Below, piece by piece: positions 1-27,833 of a stretch of 64,000 nucleotides of DNA. Within the stretch, counting starts at the first letter, position 1. Each line of letters starts with the position of its first letter. Source of the stretch: the human T2T-CHM13v2.0 reference genome, Homo sapiens. The DNA is taken from assembly GCF_009914755.1 (NCBI RefSeq), contig NC_060930.1; one strand, written 5' to 3'. Below the pieces are notes generated by a model, which was given only the letters and a program-made list of their open reading frames with translations, did no database searches and was not told where the DNA came from. A program made the translations under genes and the position numbers.

Positions 1-988
<988 letters not shown>

Positions 989-1059
989 TCAAAAAATAAA
1001 TAAATAAATAAATAATAATAACAATTCCTTGCTTCTGTTCCTCCCACTCCACATCCTCA

Positions 1060-1590
1060 AATAGCCACTAATCTGTTTCCTGTCACTATATATTAGTTTG
1101 CATTTCTAGAGTTTTATGTAAATGGAATCATGCACTTTTTTTGTCTGACTTCTTTCACTCAGCATATTTTAAGATTAATCAATGTTGTTGCATATAATAG
1201 TAGTTCATTCCTTTTATTGCTAAGTAGCATCCCAAATATGCCATATTATCCATTTACCTACTAAAAGATATTTGAGTTGATTCCCTTTTTTTTTTTTTTT
1301 TTTTTTGGCTATTACAAGTAAAGCTGCTATGAACATTCATGTACAAGTCTTTGTGTGGACATATGCTTTAATTTCTCTTGAGCAAATATCAAGAAGTAGA
1401 ATGCCTGGGTCACAAAGTAAGTGTATGTTTAACTTTTTAAGAAATTGCCAAACTGTTTCCCAATGTGGCTGTACCATTTTACATTTATACCAGCAATGCT
1501 TGAGGGTTTCATTTCATCCATATCCTCACCAACACTTAGTATGGTCAGGCTTTCAAATTTTAATTTGACCTAATAGGTAGGTCACCTCAT
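1060..1590 (-). mobile_element. Old L1M (L1MB/MC-like) 3' fragment
   Basis: Antisense L1M 3' motifs: aaatggaatcat, tttcactcagcat, gctgctatgaacattcatgtacaagtctttgtgtggacatatg, ccaaactgtttccca. Confidence 0.75.
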
Positions 1591-1894
1591 GATTTAAAAA
1601 CCTATGGACAATCCTTGCTTGAAGGTTTGCAAAATGCTTGCAAAAAGCTTACAAAATGCTGATATTATATTTCTAACATTATTTCTATATTGATTACCTG
1701 GCATTCTTTGATAAAATAGAGCCTTATCTTATCCACTGACATGATATAGTTACCCTAAATATATTTCCCACTGTAAAGGAAGGTAAAATGTCTAATTCTT
1801 TCTTTTCTAATTACCAGTTTTCAAAATAAAGAGTTGTTTTAATCTTCACACACCTTTTTGATTCAGGTGGGTCATTCTTTTTCTCCCTCTCTCT

Positions 1895-3870
<1,976 letters not shown>

Positions 3871-4286
3871 GCAAGTGGCAGAAAAGCAAGGAATCTGAGA
3901 GAGGGACTAGATGGTGGAGTCAGCAAGGGACTCAGAATCTAAGTGGGAGGGAGTTTCTGAGCCTGCCCTGGCTCAGAAGGCTGTCCATGGGAAAAAAAAA
4001 AAAAAAAAGAAGAAGAAGCTAAAGGGTGGACAGGGTGATGGGAAGGCTCTGGAACAGAGGTAGCAATTATTAAAATATTTAAATAGTTGTGTGTTCATTG
4101 GTAGACAGCAGCTGCTCTGAGACCTCAAGCCAGTGCTTATCTTCCACCCACCCCCGGCACCCAGTCTCTTCTCTTGCCACCCTCTGATGACTGTTTTGAT
4201 TAGTTAGGATCCAGGCTGAACTGTGGTTAAATATTTTGAATAACTTCCCTGGGTGTGGACACAAACCAGACTGGAATTCTAACTAG

Positions 4287-4611
<325 letters not shown>

Positions 4612-5309
4612 TGGCAACGGTATTCTAACTTGAACACAGTGTCACCAACCACTGTTTGCGAACATTCAGACAGCATCAACTCTGTCTACCCTTGGGTCAT
4701 AGACTTTTAGGTACTGGTGATATCATATGTCTTTCCTACTGTTGTGATCAAAAGTTTGAAAAATCCAGATTAGAGCATTCCAGGTAGAGGGGACTGAATG
4801 CAGGGATACACAGCTTGTTTCTGGAGAGGAAATACGAGATGCCTTGGAGGTAGGCGGGGGCCAGGTATGAAGGCCATGAGGCCCATGGTCAGTCGAGAGT
4901 GACCAGGAGGCAGTGACACTCTGATATGGGACACAGAATGGAAAGATAGTGAATTGGAGGTCTGAAGCACGTTGGGGACATGAGAAAGAAGCATGTGTGT
5001 TGGATATATGGCTCAGGGGTCGGGGAGAGCCCCCACTCCTCCAAAGATAAAGCAGAGAACAGAGGTCCTGAAAGCAGATGAAGTCCCTCATGGAGAGAGC
5101 ACACGGGGAGCTGGGAAGGGGCACGGGAGGGAATCCCGCGGGCCCCCTGCATTAGCAGGCAGAGGAGGAAGAGCACTCTGGAGGGCACTAAGGAAGAGGA
5201 GCCAGAGAGATGGGAATGTGGAAACTGGGAGGGAGAATTAACAGGCTGAGATGCTGTGAGTCCAGTAAGATAAGGACTCAGACATCTGCTGGGCCCCAGA
5301 GGCAGTATG

Positions 5310-6269
<960 letters not shown>

Positions 6270-6889
6270 TTATGACAGCTATCACTTGCTGGGCCTGAGT
6301 TTTCTTGGCTACAAACTAAATTAGTGTGTAAACTCTAGAAACTCAGGAAAAAAAGAAAGCCATACTGGAGCTAAACAGACAAATATCTTTCAAAACACAG
6401 AATTAAGCACACACTAAAGATTGTGACATCCTGACATCTCCACTCTGCCCTCTTCAGTTGCTTCTTGTTGTTGCTTTTGAGGCTAAACTTACTTCCCTGT
6501 ATTTGTGAGTTCCAGAGTGCAAGCTAGGGTCACCGAAACAAAGGTTTCTCATCTTCCAGCTGCACAAGCAATCCTTTTATTCTAGCCTGGATCCTTTGCC
6601 AGACCTCTCTGTAGGTCTGAGAACCAAATAAGGTAACACACACGAGGCAGGCATTGAAGTCCAGGCACCACTGAGTGGGAAGGGAGGGTGGGGCTGAAAT
6701 CAAAACGGGGAAGAGTCTTGGAGCTCAGGAACTGTGCTGCCTCAGGGGGCCCAGCATGCGAGGAAGGACGTCTGTCCATGTAACATGGTGTTCCTTAGGG
6801 CTCTCTGGAGGAAAGGGGGGGCTGAAAAAGCAAACACACACCCCCAGAGACACCAAACGCAGGCAATTTCCAAGCATTGTTGCTTTCTT

Positions 6890-11770
<4,881 letters not shown>

Positions 11771-11916
11771 CAAAGCAATTAAGTTTTAAAAAGCTTAAAA
11801 CTATGTAATTTGTAAAAACACTCTTTTCACATAGTTGTCCAGGATACAGAACTAAAATGACCTTTTAAATGACTATCTATTGTAATTGTGTGTGCTTATT
11901 TTCTATTTGTCCCTGT

Positions 11917-13242
<1,326 letters not shown>

Positions 13243-13244
13243 TC

Positions 13245-13650
13245 AGTTCTCTAGCCTTCTCAGCCCTGCTCTGTGCCCTGGCCAACCAACCTCTAGACTT
13301 GTATCACCCAGCTCTCTTGCCCTCAGGCTTCCAGTTGGTTTTGAGCAAAAGATGTCACCATTAAAAGATGGGACAATGGAGAGAGTGGTTCTAGCCCCAC
13401 ACCCCCAAAACTGGGCTGCCACAGTTCCTCTATCTAAAGCTATAATAGCTCATCTCCCACAGCAACAGCAGCTGGCTGTTTTTGGTAACCCTGCTCCCTT
13501 CCTTGCCCCATTGGGCCTACGAGCTGCCTTTGGGATTGCCCTTACCCACTATGGGTTTCCTTAACTCTGCCCACACCCCTGTACATAATTCCCTATGTGG
13601 TTAACTCTTTAAGTGTGCCATCTGGTTTCTGCCAGGATCTTGACTGAACC
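13245..13650. mobile_element. Old ERVL-type LTR (LTR33-like)
   Basis: ccctgctctgtgccc..ctcttgccctcaggcttccagttggtttt and end tgccatctggtttctgccaggatcttgactga. Confidence 0.5.
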
Positions 13651-13656
13651 ATGTAG

Positions 13657-16215
<2,559 letters not shown>

Positions 16216-16317
16216 AAGAATATTTGTATTTAGAATCTTTCTGATGTCTAATGACAGGAAAAAATCTAACTCAAAGTGGCTTAAGCCACTTTGAGGAAAG
16301 TGTAGGAACTTGTATGG

Positions 16318-16580
16318 TGATCTCTTTGTGGTGGGTGTTCTGGTTCCAGGACCCCTGAGGATACCAAAATCCAAGGATGCTCAAGTCCCTTATATAAAAT
16401 GTAGTATTTGCATATAATCTATGCACATCCTCCCCTATAATTTAAATCAACTCTACATTAATTATACCTAACACAATATAAGTAAATGGTTGTTATGCTG
16501 TATTATGTTTTATTCTTTTAAAAAATATTTTTGATCTGCAGTTGGTTGCAGGAACCTGAAGATACAGAGGGCTGACTGTA
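16318..16580. mobile_element. MER2 (TcMar-Tigger) element
   Basis: ggttccaggacccc..gataccaaaatccaaggatgctcaagtcccttatataaaatg..gatacagagggctgactgta. Confidence 0.75.
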
Positions 16581-16586
16581 TGTTCA

Positions 16587-20225
<3,639 letters not shown>

Positions 20226-20910
20226 TAATTACTCTTGCGGCTCTGTCTTCGTAAGGGAAGTGGCCCGGACAAAATACATGCCAGGCAGTGCAACGGCTGC
20301 TAGGAGAAAGGCTCGAGATACCCCTCCTGGCATTTGCTTGGGGGCCAGAATTTACATTCAATCTTCTTCAGAAACTTCCCTTTCCGGGTGTTTGCTAAAG
20401 GTGATAGTTTCCAGGTCACCTGACCGGTCTCCTTTGCTGTCGGCGCCAAGTCCTGCAAGTTTGCTTGAGAGACGAGAAACCAGCAAGAGTTGGGCAAACT
20501 TTCCAAACCAGGCTTTTCCTTCAGTGTGGAATCTAGGCGGCCACAGTCTGGTGCCAGCTGGGTCACAAACAGCTCCGTGACCTGTTTGTAAACGCGATGC
20601 TCTTAGTTCCAGACTAACCGCTCACAAGGGTGAAGCACTTAATTAATTCATCTCTTAATCTTGTTAGGGGCCAACGGCTCCTATTAGTGTTTGAGCGTGA
20701 CGGCGACGGTGCTGTTTATGAAGCCCTAGCCTATTTGGAGGTGAGGAAGAGGAGTCTGTGGGTAACCTGGAGGTCGACAGACCGGGAGGAACGCTCGAGG
20801 GAGCACCAGGCCTGTTACAACGAGCGCGCGCCGACGCACGTCTCCACCCACCCGGCGCAACCGCCAGAGCGCGCTCCCAGCAACCGCGGCTCTCGCTGCG
20901 TTTGTAGCCA

Positions 20911-21014
20911 TACGTCACGGCCTCTTCTGCTTCTCATTGGGGGAGCCCGTCCAATCATGTGATTCCAGTATGGCGTATAAATAAAGGCGAGGAGAAGGCG
21001 GTGGTCCGCCATTT
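20911..21014 (+). promoter_or_regulatory. SRSF3: Core promoter: CRE-like TACGTCA (20911), inverted CCAAT (20936), CCAAT (20951), E/M-box TCATGTGA (20955), TATAAA (20976), YY1/Inr CCGCCATTT (21006)
   Basis: Motifs read directly; TATA lies ~30-35 nt upstream of the CCATTT initiator-like site. Confidence 0.75.
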
Positions 21015-21125
21015 CGTGGACGCCGGGTGAGTGAGAGAGTTGGTTGGTGTTGGGCCGGAGGAAAGCGGGAAGACTCATCGGAGCGTGTGGATTTGAGCCG
21101 CCGCATTTTTTAACCCTAGATCTCG
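21008..21125 (+). other. SRSF3: SRSF3 exon 1 (5' UTR; start approximate)
   Basis: Ends ctcg|gtaaga donor; no ATG; downstream of TATA. Confidence 0.85.
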
Positions 21126-22009
21126 GTAAGAGACCAGCGAAAGAGGGAATGAGGTGGAAATGGAATTTAACAGTACCAAGGAGCCAGGCCCAATGGCGGC
21201 GCCAGATTGAGACAAAGAGGCGCCGCCGCCATTTTGTGACGTTCAGCACGGGGCGGTGGCGGGGGCTCCCGGCCCATCGGAGGGTTTCCTAGTCTTGGAG
21301 TGGAAGTCTTTATATTCCTCATTGGGGCATGAGCCAGGATGGGGGTTACCTGGGAGTTGGGAACCACAAAGGGGAGCCGATAGCCGAGTTGTATTCCAGG
21401 TCACGGCCTTTTTATTTTTATGGCGCCTTTTTTTTTTTTGGCCCCTCATTTAATTGGGAAGCTTCTCAGAATGTTTTTGTAAAGTCACTAACCAAGACCG
21501 GACCTTTCAGTTCATATTAAATGGCCCCCGTAGTCACCTTACTTTCATGTAGTTTCAGATTTTGCAGCCTGAATCTAATCACCTTTTTCTAAGACCGAAA
21601 GATCTTCCTTGAACTTAAGATTCGTTCTTTCATCGCTTCCCATTAAAATGGAGGCTTAAGACAGGTGCCAGCAGTGTTTTTAAAAATTTTCACCAGTGGT
21701 TTGGTCTTAGAACTTACTCCTGGGCACAGGGTGTGGTCACGGCAAATAGGATGTGTCTGGACTGGATATTTTAATTAGACAAGCCCAGAGTAAGAAGAAC
21801 GTGGTGTTTATGGAAAGCACTTCAGCTGAATTATTGAGTAGATGGTTTTTATGTAATTGAAACTGGTCTACAAGTTTATCAGATTCATCGTCGAAGTGAC
21901 TCAGTAATAAAGCTTTATCAAATACAAGTCCGCCAAGGAAGAACAAAAAAATAAGTCCCCAAAGTGCAGTAAATTTTTTAGTAGCAAATATCTCTTTGTA
22001 ATTTTTTAT

Positions 22010-22425
22010 TAAAGTGAAATTATCTTTAAGTGGTATTTAGTATATTCAGTGTTGTGTAATCATCACTTACACGTAGTTCCAAAACATTTCCGTCACCTCC
22101 CCCCGCAGGAGACTACTACCCATTGAGCACTTACTCCCAGATTCCCTGTCCCCCTTCCTCTAGTCCCTAGCAACCACTAATCTTCCTGTCTCTCTGAACT
22201 TAGCTATTTTAGATATTTAGTATTTATGGAATCGTGTACTTTTATGTCTGGCTTCTTTAACTTAGCGTAATGTTTTCAAGATTTTCCAACGTTGGAGGAT
22301 TTGTCAGTACATCATTCTGAATAATACTCATTTTATGTCTATACCACATTTTGCTTATCCGTTTCTGTTGATGGACATTTGGGTTAACATCTTTGGGCTA
22401 CTGTGAATAAGTGCTACTATGAGTT
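22010..22425 (-). mobile_element. L1M fragment in intron 1
   Basis: ttccaaaacatttccgtcacc, ccctagcaaccactaatct, tgtctggcttctttaacttagc, gttgatggacatttgggtt. Confidence 0.7.
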
Positions 22426-22437
22426 TACATTTTTTAA

Positions 22438-22865
<428 letters not shown>

Positions 22866-23405
22866 CCATGGGCATTTTTTTAAAAGTGAAAATCGTTGGC
22901 CTTATTTTTATTAAAGCTGGTAAGTTTTGGCTTATGTAGGTACTTTGAATCGCTTGCCTGGTAGTATAACCTTAAGGACTAGCTTTCTTCATCATTGTTT
23001 TATTTAGTTTTGAGTCCCCAACAGAATTCTCTTCTGTTTTTCTAGAAATGCTTTATTTTGGGGATTAAATGAAATAACAGGTTAAGTCTCTTAACTCACG
23101 GCCCAGATGGTGGTAAATGCTCCTCCAGTTGTTCTCAACGTTCCAAGGAAGCTGTTTTTTTCTTCACTAATTGCTGGCTTCCTGAGGGTTAGGAGTAAAG
23201 ATAATGGGGCGGGGTGGCGGGGGGGGGAAATGGGTGCTTAGCAGTAACATTTCTTGTTTGGTTTCTAGCATTTTTGTAATTTTTTTTTCTTTACGTGCTA
23301 CCTTAAACTCTCTTGTCCTCTCTAATGGAGTTCTTTCTAAGGATCTGTGGTTTTAACTGTAGATGTTTAGATGAATGAATATTTTTGGTATTTTTCATTA
23401 CAGAA

Positions 23406-23611
23406 ATGCATCGTGATTCCTGTCCATTGGACTGTAAGGTTTATGTAGGCAATCTTGGAAACAATGGCAACAAGACGGAATTGGAACGGGCTTTTGGCTA
23501 CTATGGACCACTCCGAAGTGTGTGGGTTGCTAGAAACCCACCCGGCTTTGCTTTTGTTGAATTTGAAGATCCCCGAGATGCAGCTGATGCAGTCCGAGAG
23601 CTAGATGGAAG
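23406..23611 (+). CDS. SRSF3: SRSF3 exon 2 coding part (exon starts 23404); RRM N-terminal part
   Basis: [68 protein letters not shown], with RNP2 and RNP1; ttacag acceptor, AG|gtgatt donor. Confidence 0.99.
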
Positions 23612-23739
23612 GTGATTTAATGATTACGCTGATAAAAATGTGTTGCTTGTGTTTTTCATATTTAAAATCTACAGGATATGTGGCTCTTAGATGGCTTTCC
23701 CAATCACTGGCCAATTGTATCTTTAGATACAATTGGGAT

Positions 23740-25325
23740 CTTTTTTTTTTTTTTTTTTTTTGGTGGGGAGACGAGTCTTGCACTGTCACTGGGCTGGAGT
23801 GCAGTGGTACAGTCTCCCGCTCCCCGCAACCTCGGCCTCCGGGGTTCAAGTGATTCTCCTGCCTCAGCCTTCTGAGTAACTGGGACTACAGGCGTGTGCC
23901 ATCATGCGGGGCTGATTTTTGTATTTCTAGCAGAGATGGGGTTTCACCATGTTGGCCAGGCTGGTCTCGAACTCCTGACCCCAGGTGATCTGACCGCCTT
24001 GACCTCCCAAAGTGCTGGAATTACAGGTGGGAGCCACTGTGCCCAGCCAGGATCAAATATTTTTAAGAGTAGTTGTGAACTGATCCTTGTTTAAAAAATT
24101 GTTTACAAAATGGTTACATGGGTTGGTTGTACCTTTACTTTTATGTGTTTGAAATACTCCAGAAAGTGAATCAGTTACTATTTCCCTTTGTGTTAATAGT
24201 GTCCTGTTAGCTGGCTGAGTAAGGCCTGAGTATTGACCTCCATGCCCCCACCCCCCTTTCCTCATATTTGGAAGTATAATGGGAAAAAGGAGCTGAGTGT
24301 TCACTGTAAAGCTGCATGAAAGGTTGGTCAATTCAAGCAGGTTGTAGTAAAGTTTTCCAGGGCCCACCTCTTCCCAGTCACTCTTCAAATATGATAGCTT
24401 ATCTAAATTTAATGACTGGTTGTATTAAGGGTGAGGAATAATGGTCTTTTTTTTTTTTTTTTACTACTGTGAGCTATAATTTCTTTTTTTAAAAAAATGT
24501 ATATTTATTATTTAAAAAATAATACAGACGACAGTCTGTGTTGCCCAGGCTGGCCTCAAGCTCCTGGGCTCAAGCCATCCTCCTGCCTCAGCCTCTCTGA
24601 GTGCTGGGATTACAGGCATGAGCCACCTCACCTGGCCACAGCTATAATTTCTTCTGTGCTGACTGTTGAGGGGAGAGGGTGCTGTAAAATGGCCAAAATG
24701 GTTCTGTCTTGTCTTGAACTGATTTTTTACTTGGAGTGGGGCAGGGGGAGACCAATAAATACAGCCTGGTAAATAACTGAAATAAGTGCAGGGACTTCAA
24801 GGGAAGAAATCATAATGAAGATACAGGAGAACTTGTTTTTCAAGGATAAATGGATCTTCACACTTAAATTGCAACTGTTAACAAATTAACATTGAGCTCA
24901 GTAATCAGACTGGCTCTAACAATTAGGTGATAAAATAGAATTTGACTTCCTTGTGAATTGGTACTTTAGAAAATCCTATTTGTTTAATTTGAAATTAATT
25001 GAAATTTTAATTTGAAACTGGGAAACAAGCTTATTTTATTTTTCAAGACAGAGTCTTGCTCTGTCCCCCAGGCTGGAGTGCAATGGTGTGATCTTGGCTC
25101 GTTGTAACCTCTGCCTACTGGGTTCAAGTGATTCTCCTGCCTCAGCCGCCTGAGTAGCTGGGATTACAGGCATGTACCACCACACCTGGCTATTTTTTGT
25201 ATTTTTAGTAGAGCGAGGGTTTCACCACGTTGGCCAAGATAGTGTCGAACTCTTGACCTTGTGATCCGCCTGCCTCGGCCTCATAAAGTGTTGGGATTAC
25301 AGGCGTGTACCACCGTGCCTGGCCA
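23740..25325 (-). mobile_element. Three antisense Alus in intron 2 (~23740-24050, ~24525-24640 partial, ~25035-25325)
   Basis: Antisense Alu consensus. Confidence 0.9.
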
Positions 25326-25491
25326 AAGCTCATTTTATATTAGTAAAAATAAGGGAGCTAGAAATTTGATGTTAAATTGCACAGACACTTAGGTGTGTTC
25401 TTTGCAGAATAGCCAACTGAGAGTACTTTTGGCTTTAATACGCATGTCAGAAAGTCAGGCTGTTTTAAGTTTAATATCTTTGCCCCCTCAG

Positions 25492-25626
25492 AACACTATG
25501 TGGCTGCCGTGTAAGAGTGGAACTGTCGAATGGTGAAAAAAGAAGTAGAAATCGTGGCCCACCTCCCTCTTGGGGTCGTCGCCCTCGAGATGATTATCGT
25601 AGGAGGAGTCCTCCACCTCGTCGCAG
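25492..25626 (+). CDS. SRSF3: SRSF3 exon 3 (135 nt)
   Basis: (R)[44 protein letters not shown]; cctcag acceptor, AG|gtactt donor, phase 2-2. Confidence 0.98.
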
Positions 25627-26463
25627 GTACTTGAGAGAAAGCTTGTTAAGAGGTATTGGTGTAATGGAGTAGCTAGTAGGAGCAGGTATTTCTCTTAAGT
25701 TTGTTGGTGGGTTTTAAACTTTGGAAGAATCGGAGGTTTCTGTGAAACATTTGTTGGGTGTAATTTGGGGTATGTGAGTTGTGCTGAGTGTTGGCTTTTG
25801 TCTTTAGGTCACTGTTCATGTTGGTAGTCAGTAACTTCTATCTTGGATCTGTCTTCTAGTTCATCTTTCTAGTTGCATCTTTCCAAATCTTCCCTTATAC
25901 TTCAGTTTAGGCCTTTTTCCATTTCTTGGCTCCATAATGACAAACATTACATTCAACTCTAGCTCTTCACAAATTTGTGTTTTCTACTATTAGCACAATT
26001 GTAATATTTATCAAACAGGCAGCTGTTTTAATGTTACAACTGGTAAAGTAGAAATCATTCTGAGACTAACTTAAGTCACTGACCAATAAAGGGGGCTAAA
26101 AAAGAAGTAATCCCAGTCATCTGTTCTTCAATCCCAAATAGGAGAAAATTCAGTTTTTTTATAATTGAAAATGGCATCATTCTTGGACCAGGCAGTATTG
26201 TCTGGGTGCTAACTCCACATCTCCTCAGACCTCCAAAATAGTTTCTATAGGACTAAATTTACCTCTTACAGGTGAGTGGAGTCCTTCTAGGAGACAGGAG
26301 TTCAAAATCTTGCCCCTTTTGCTATTTTGAAAAACAACAGCACACTGTTGCCCATCATAATAAAGAGTATTTGTTAGCTAATAGATGGTTGTACTGATGG
26401 CTTGTTTTTCATTTTTTTTGTGCTTTTTGGTCCATCTATTAATAAAAATGAACCCCGTTACAG

Positions 26464-26919
26464 AGTCACCATCATGTCTCTTCTCACCACCCTCTGAATC
26501 TGCATTAGCCAGTCAACTAGCCCTTTCAGCGTCATGTGACCAGCGCGCCCCATTCAGCTTGGCTGGTGTCGTTTCACATGACCCAGGCTGGCCAGTCGTC
26601 AGGTTGCACCGCCCTTTGGTTCCCGAGCATGCTGTTTTCTCTCAGCCTTCTCTCCAACCTTAACCAAATCGGCAGCAGCCACCTCGACCGCCCACACATT
26701 CCTGGCCAATCAGCTCAGCTGTTTATTTACCAAATGTCTTCACAACAACTACAGCAGCAGCCTTCGGCTAACAAAAAAGCAGGAAAAATCCACAACACCC
26801 CCTTCGCCAACCAACTAAATCCAACGCAACATCTGGCAAAACCTTTTCAGCAAATTCTTCCTGGCCGTCAGTCCGGCAGCCTCACCTCACCATTTCTAGC
26901 TTGTTGAAACCCAAAACTA
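26464..26919 (+). other. SRSF3: SRSF3 alternative poison exon 4 (456 nt); in-frame TGA at 26495-26497 gives an NMD isoform / 124-aa RS-truncated protein
   Basis: ttacag|agtcacc acceptor, cta|gtaagt donor; reads RVTIMSLLTTL*; matches the known autoregulatory exon. Confidence 0.93.
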
Positions 26920-27794
26920 GTAAGTTTTTCCTGCTTATACAGTTTACTGCTGGTTAAAATAAGGAGTAAGCGGCTTAAAGTAATTCTTTTTTCTGGATCA
27001 AAGGCTGGCTGTGCATAATTGAATGGTAACGTACATATATATTGCTTGAAAAACTTTTAAGGGTGATAGGGAACTCGTAATGTAACTAGGCCTTCAAGTG
27101 AAACTTATTTGCATGTGCAAGATGCCAAACTAAAAATTTTAATATCTCTAACAGATTAGCTTTTCTGGCAAAAATTTGTTGAATCCTATCACCTTTAAAT
27201 GGTTTTACTAACAGTTTCAAAATTTAAAATTTTGGGGTTGAAGTGTGGGCCAAGCTAAGGTAATTTTGGTAAGCCTAAACACACTCTTAAATGTGACGAT
27301 CACAAATGCAGTTCTAATGTAGCACTTAATGGCATCAATATTTACACCTACCGCGTTTTCACAAAATTACACTATCCACCTGGTACCTAAGTCTTGTCAT
27401 GGACTTACAGGTTTGCATGGGTTCCAAATACTGGTTTATGGTACTGTTTTTGGAACTACTTGTGGGACTATATTTTGGTGTGGTGTTTGGGTAGTGAAGT
27501 TAGTTTGACATGAAGTTTTGCATTGGACAGATCTGCTGTGAAGCATTCTTTGTTAAAGTGAATCCATGGTTGGAATACCTGCTTTTCACTTGAGCTTTTT
27601 GTTTCTTAATCCTTCTGTGCCTTTTTTTTCTTTTCTTTTTTTTCTTTTTTTTTTTTTTTTTTTTTTTTTGGACGATGGGTGCCAGTTCTTCGGCACATTC
27701 ACTGGGCCCAACAGTGAGATTGAAAAGTTGGGAAATGCCTCACGCCATAAATACTAATTGATGATGAGCCTAATTTTCCTGTTTCTGCTTTTAG

Positions 27795-27833
27795 ATCTCC
27801 AAGAAGGAGAAGCTTCTCTCGCAGCCGGAGCAG
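27795..27833 (+). CDS. SRSF3: SRSF3 exon 5 (39 nt), RS domain
   Basis: (R)SPRRRSFSRSRS; ttttag acceptor, AG|gtaaat donor. Confidence 0.97.

Larger units (their letters stand above)
20680..21290. promoter_or_regulatory. SRSF3: CpG island / SRSF3 promoter
   Basis: High GC and CpG density (cgagcgcgcgccgacgcacg), Alu-free, overlapping exon 1. Confidence 0.9.

Noticed and set aside
20815-21249. Antisense 144-aa ORF over the promoter
   Set aside because: GC-rich stop depletion, non-ATG start, no recognisable domain.
23385-23405. N-terminal extension MVFFITE of the exon 2 ORF
   Set aside because: Non-ATG start inside the intron acceptor region; the true ATG is 23406.
26385-26663. 92-aa ORF across the poison-exon acceptor
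   Set aside because: Starts in the intron, out of the SRSF3 frame; the hydrophobic N-terminus reflects the pyrimidine tract.
27761-27794. C/D snoRNA (ATGATGA C-box)
   Set aside because: Only ~30 nt to the intron end, with no D box or terminal stem.
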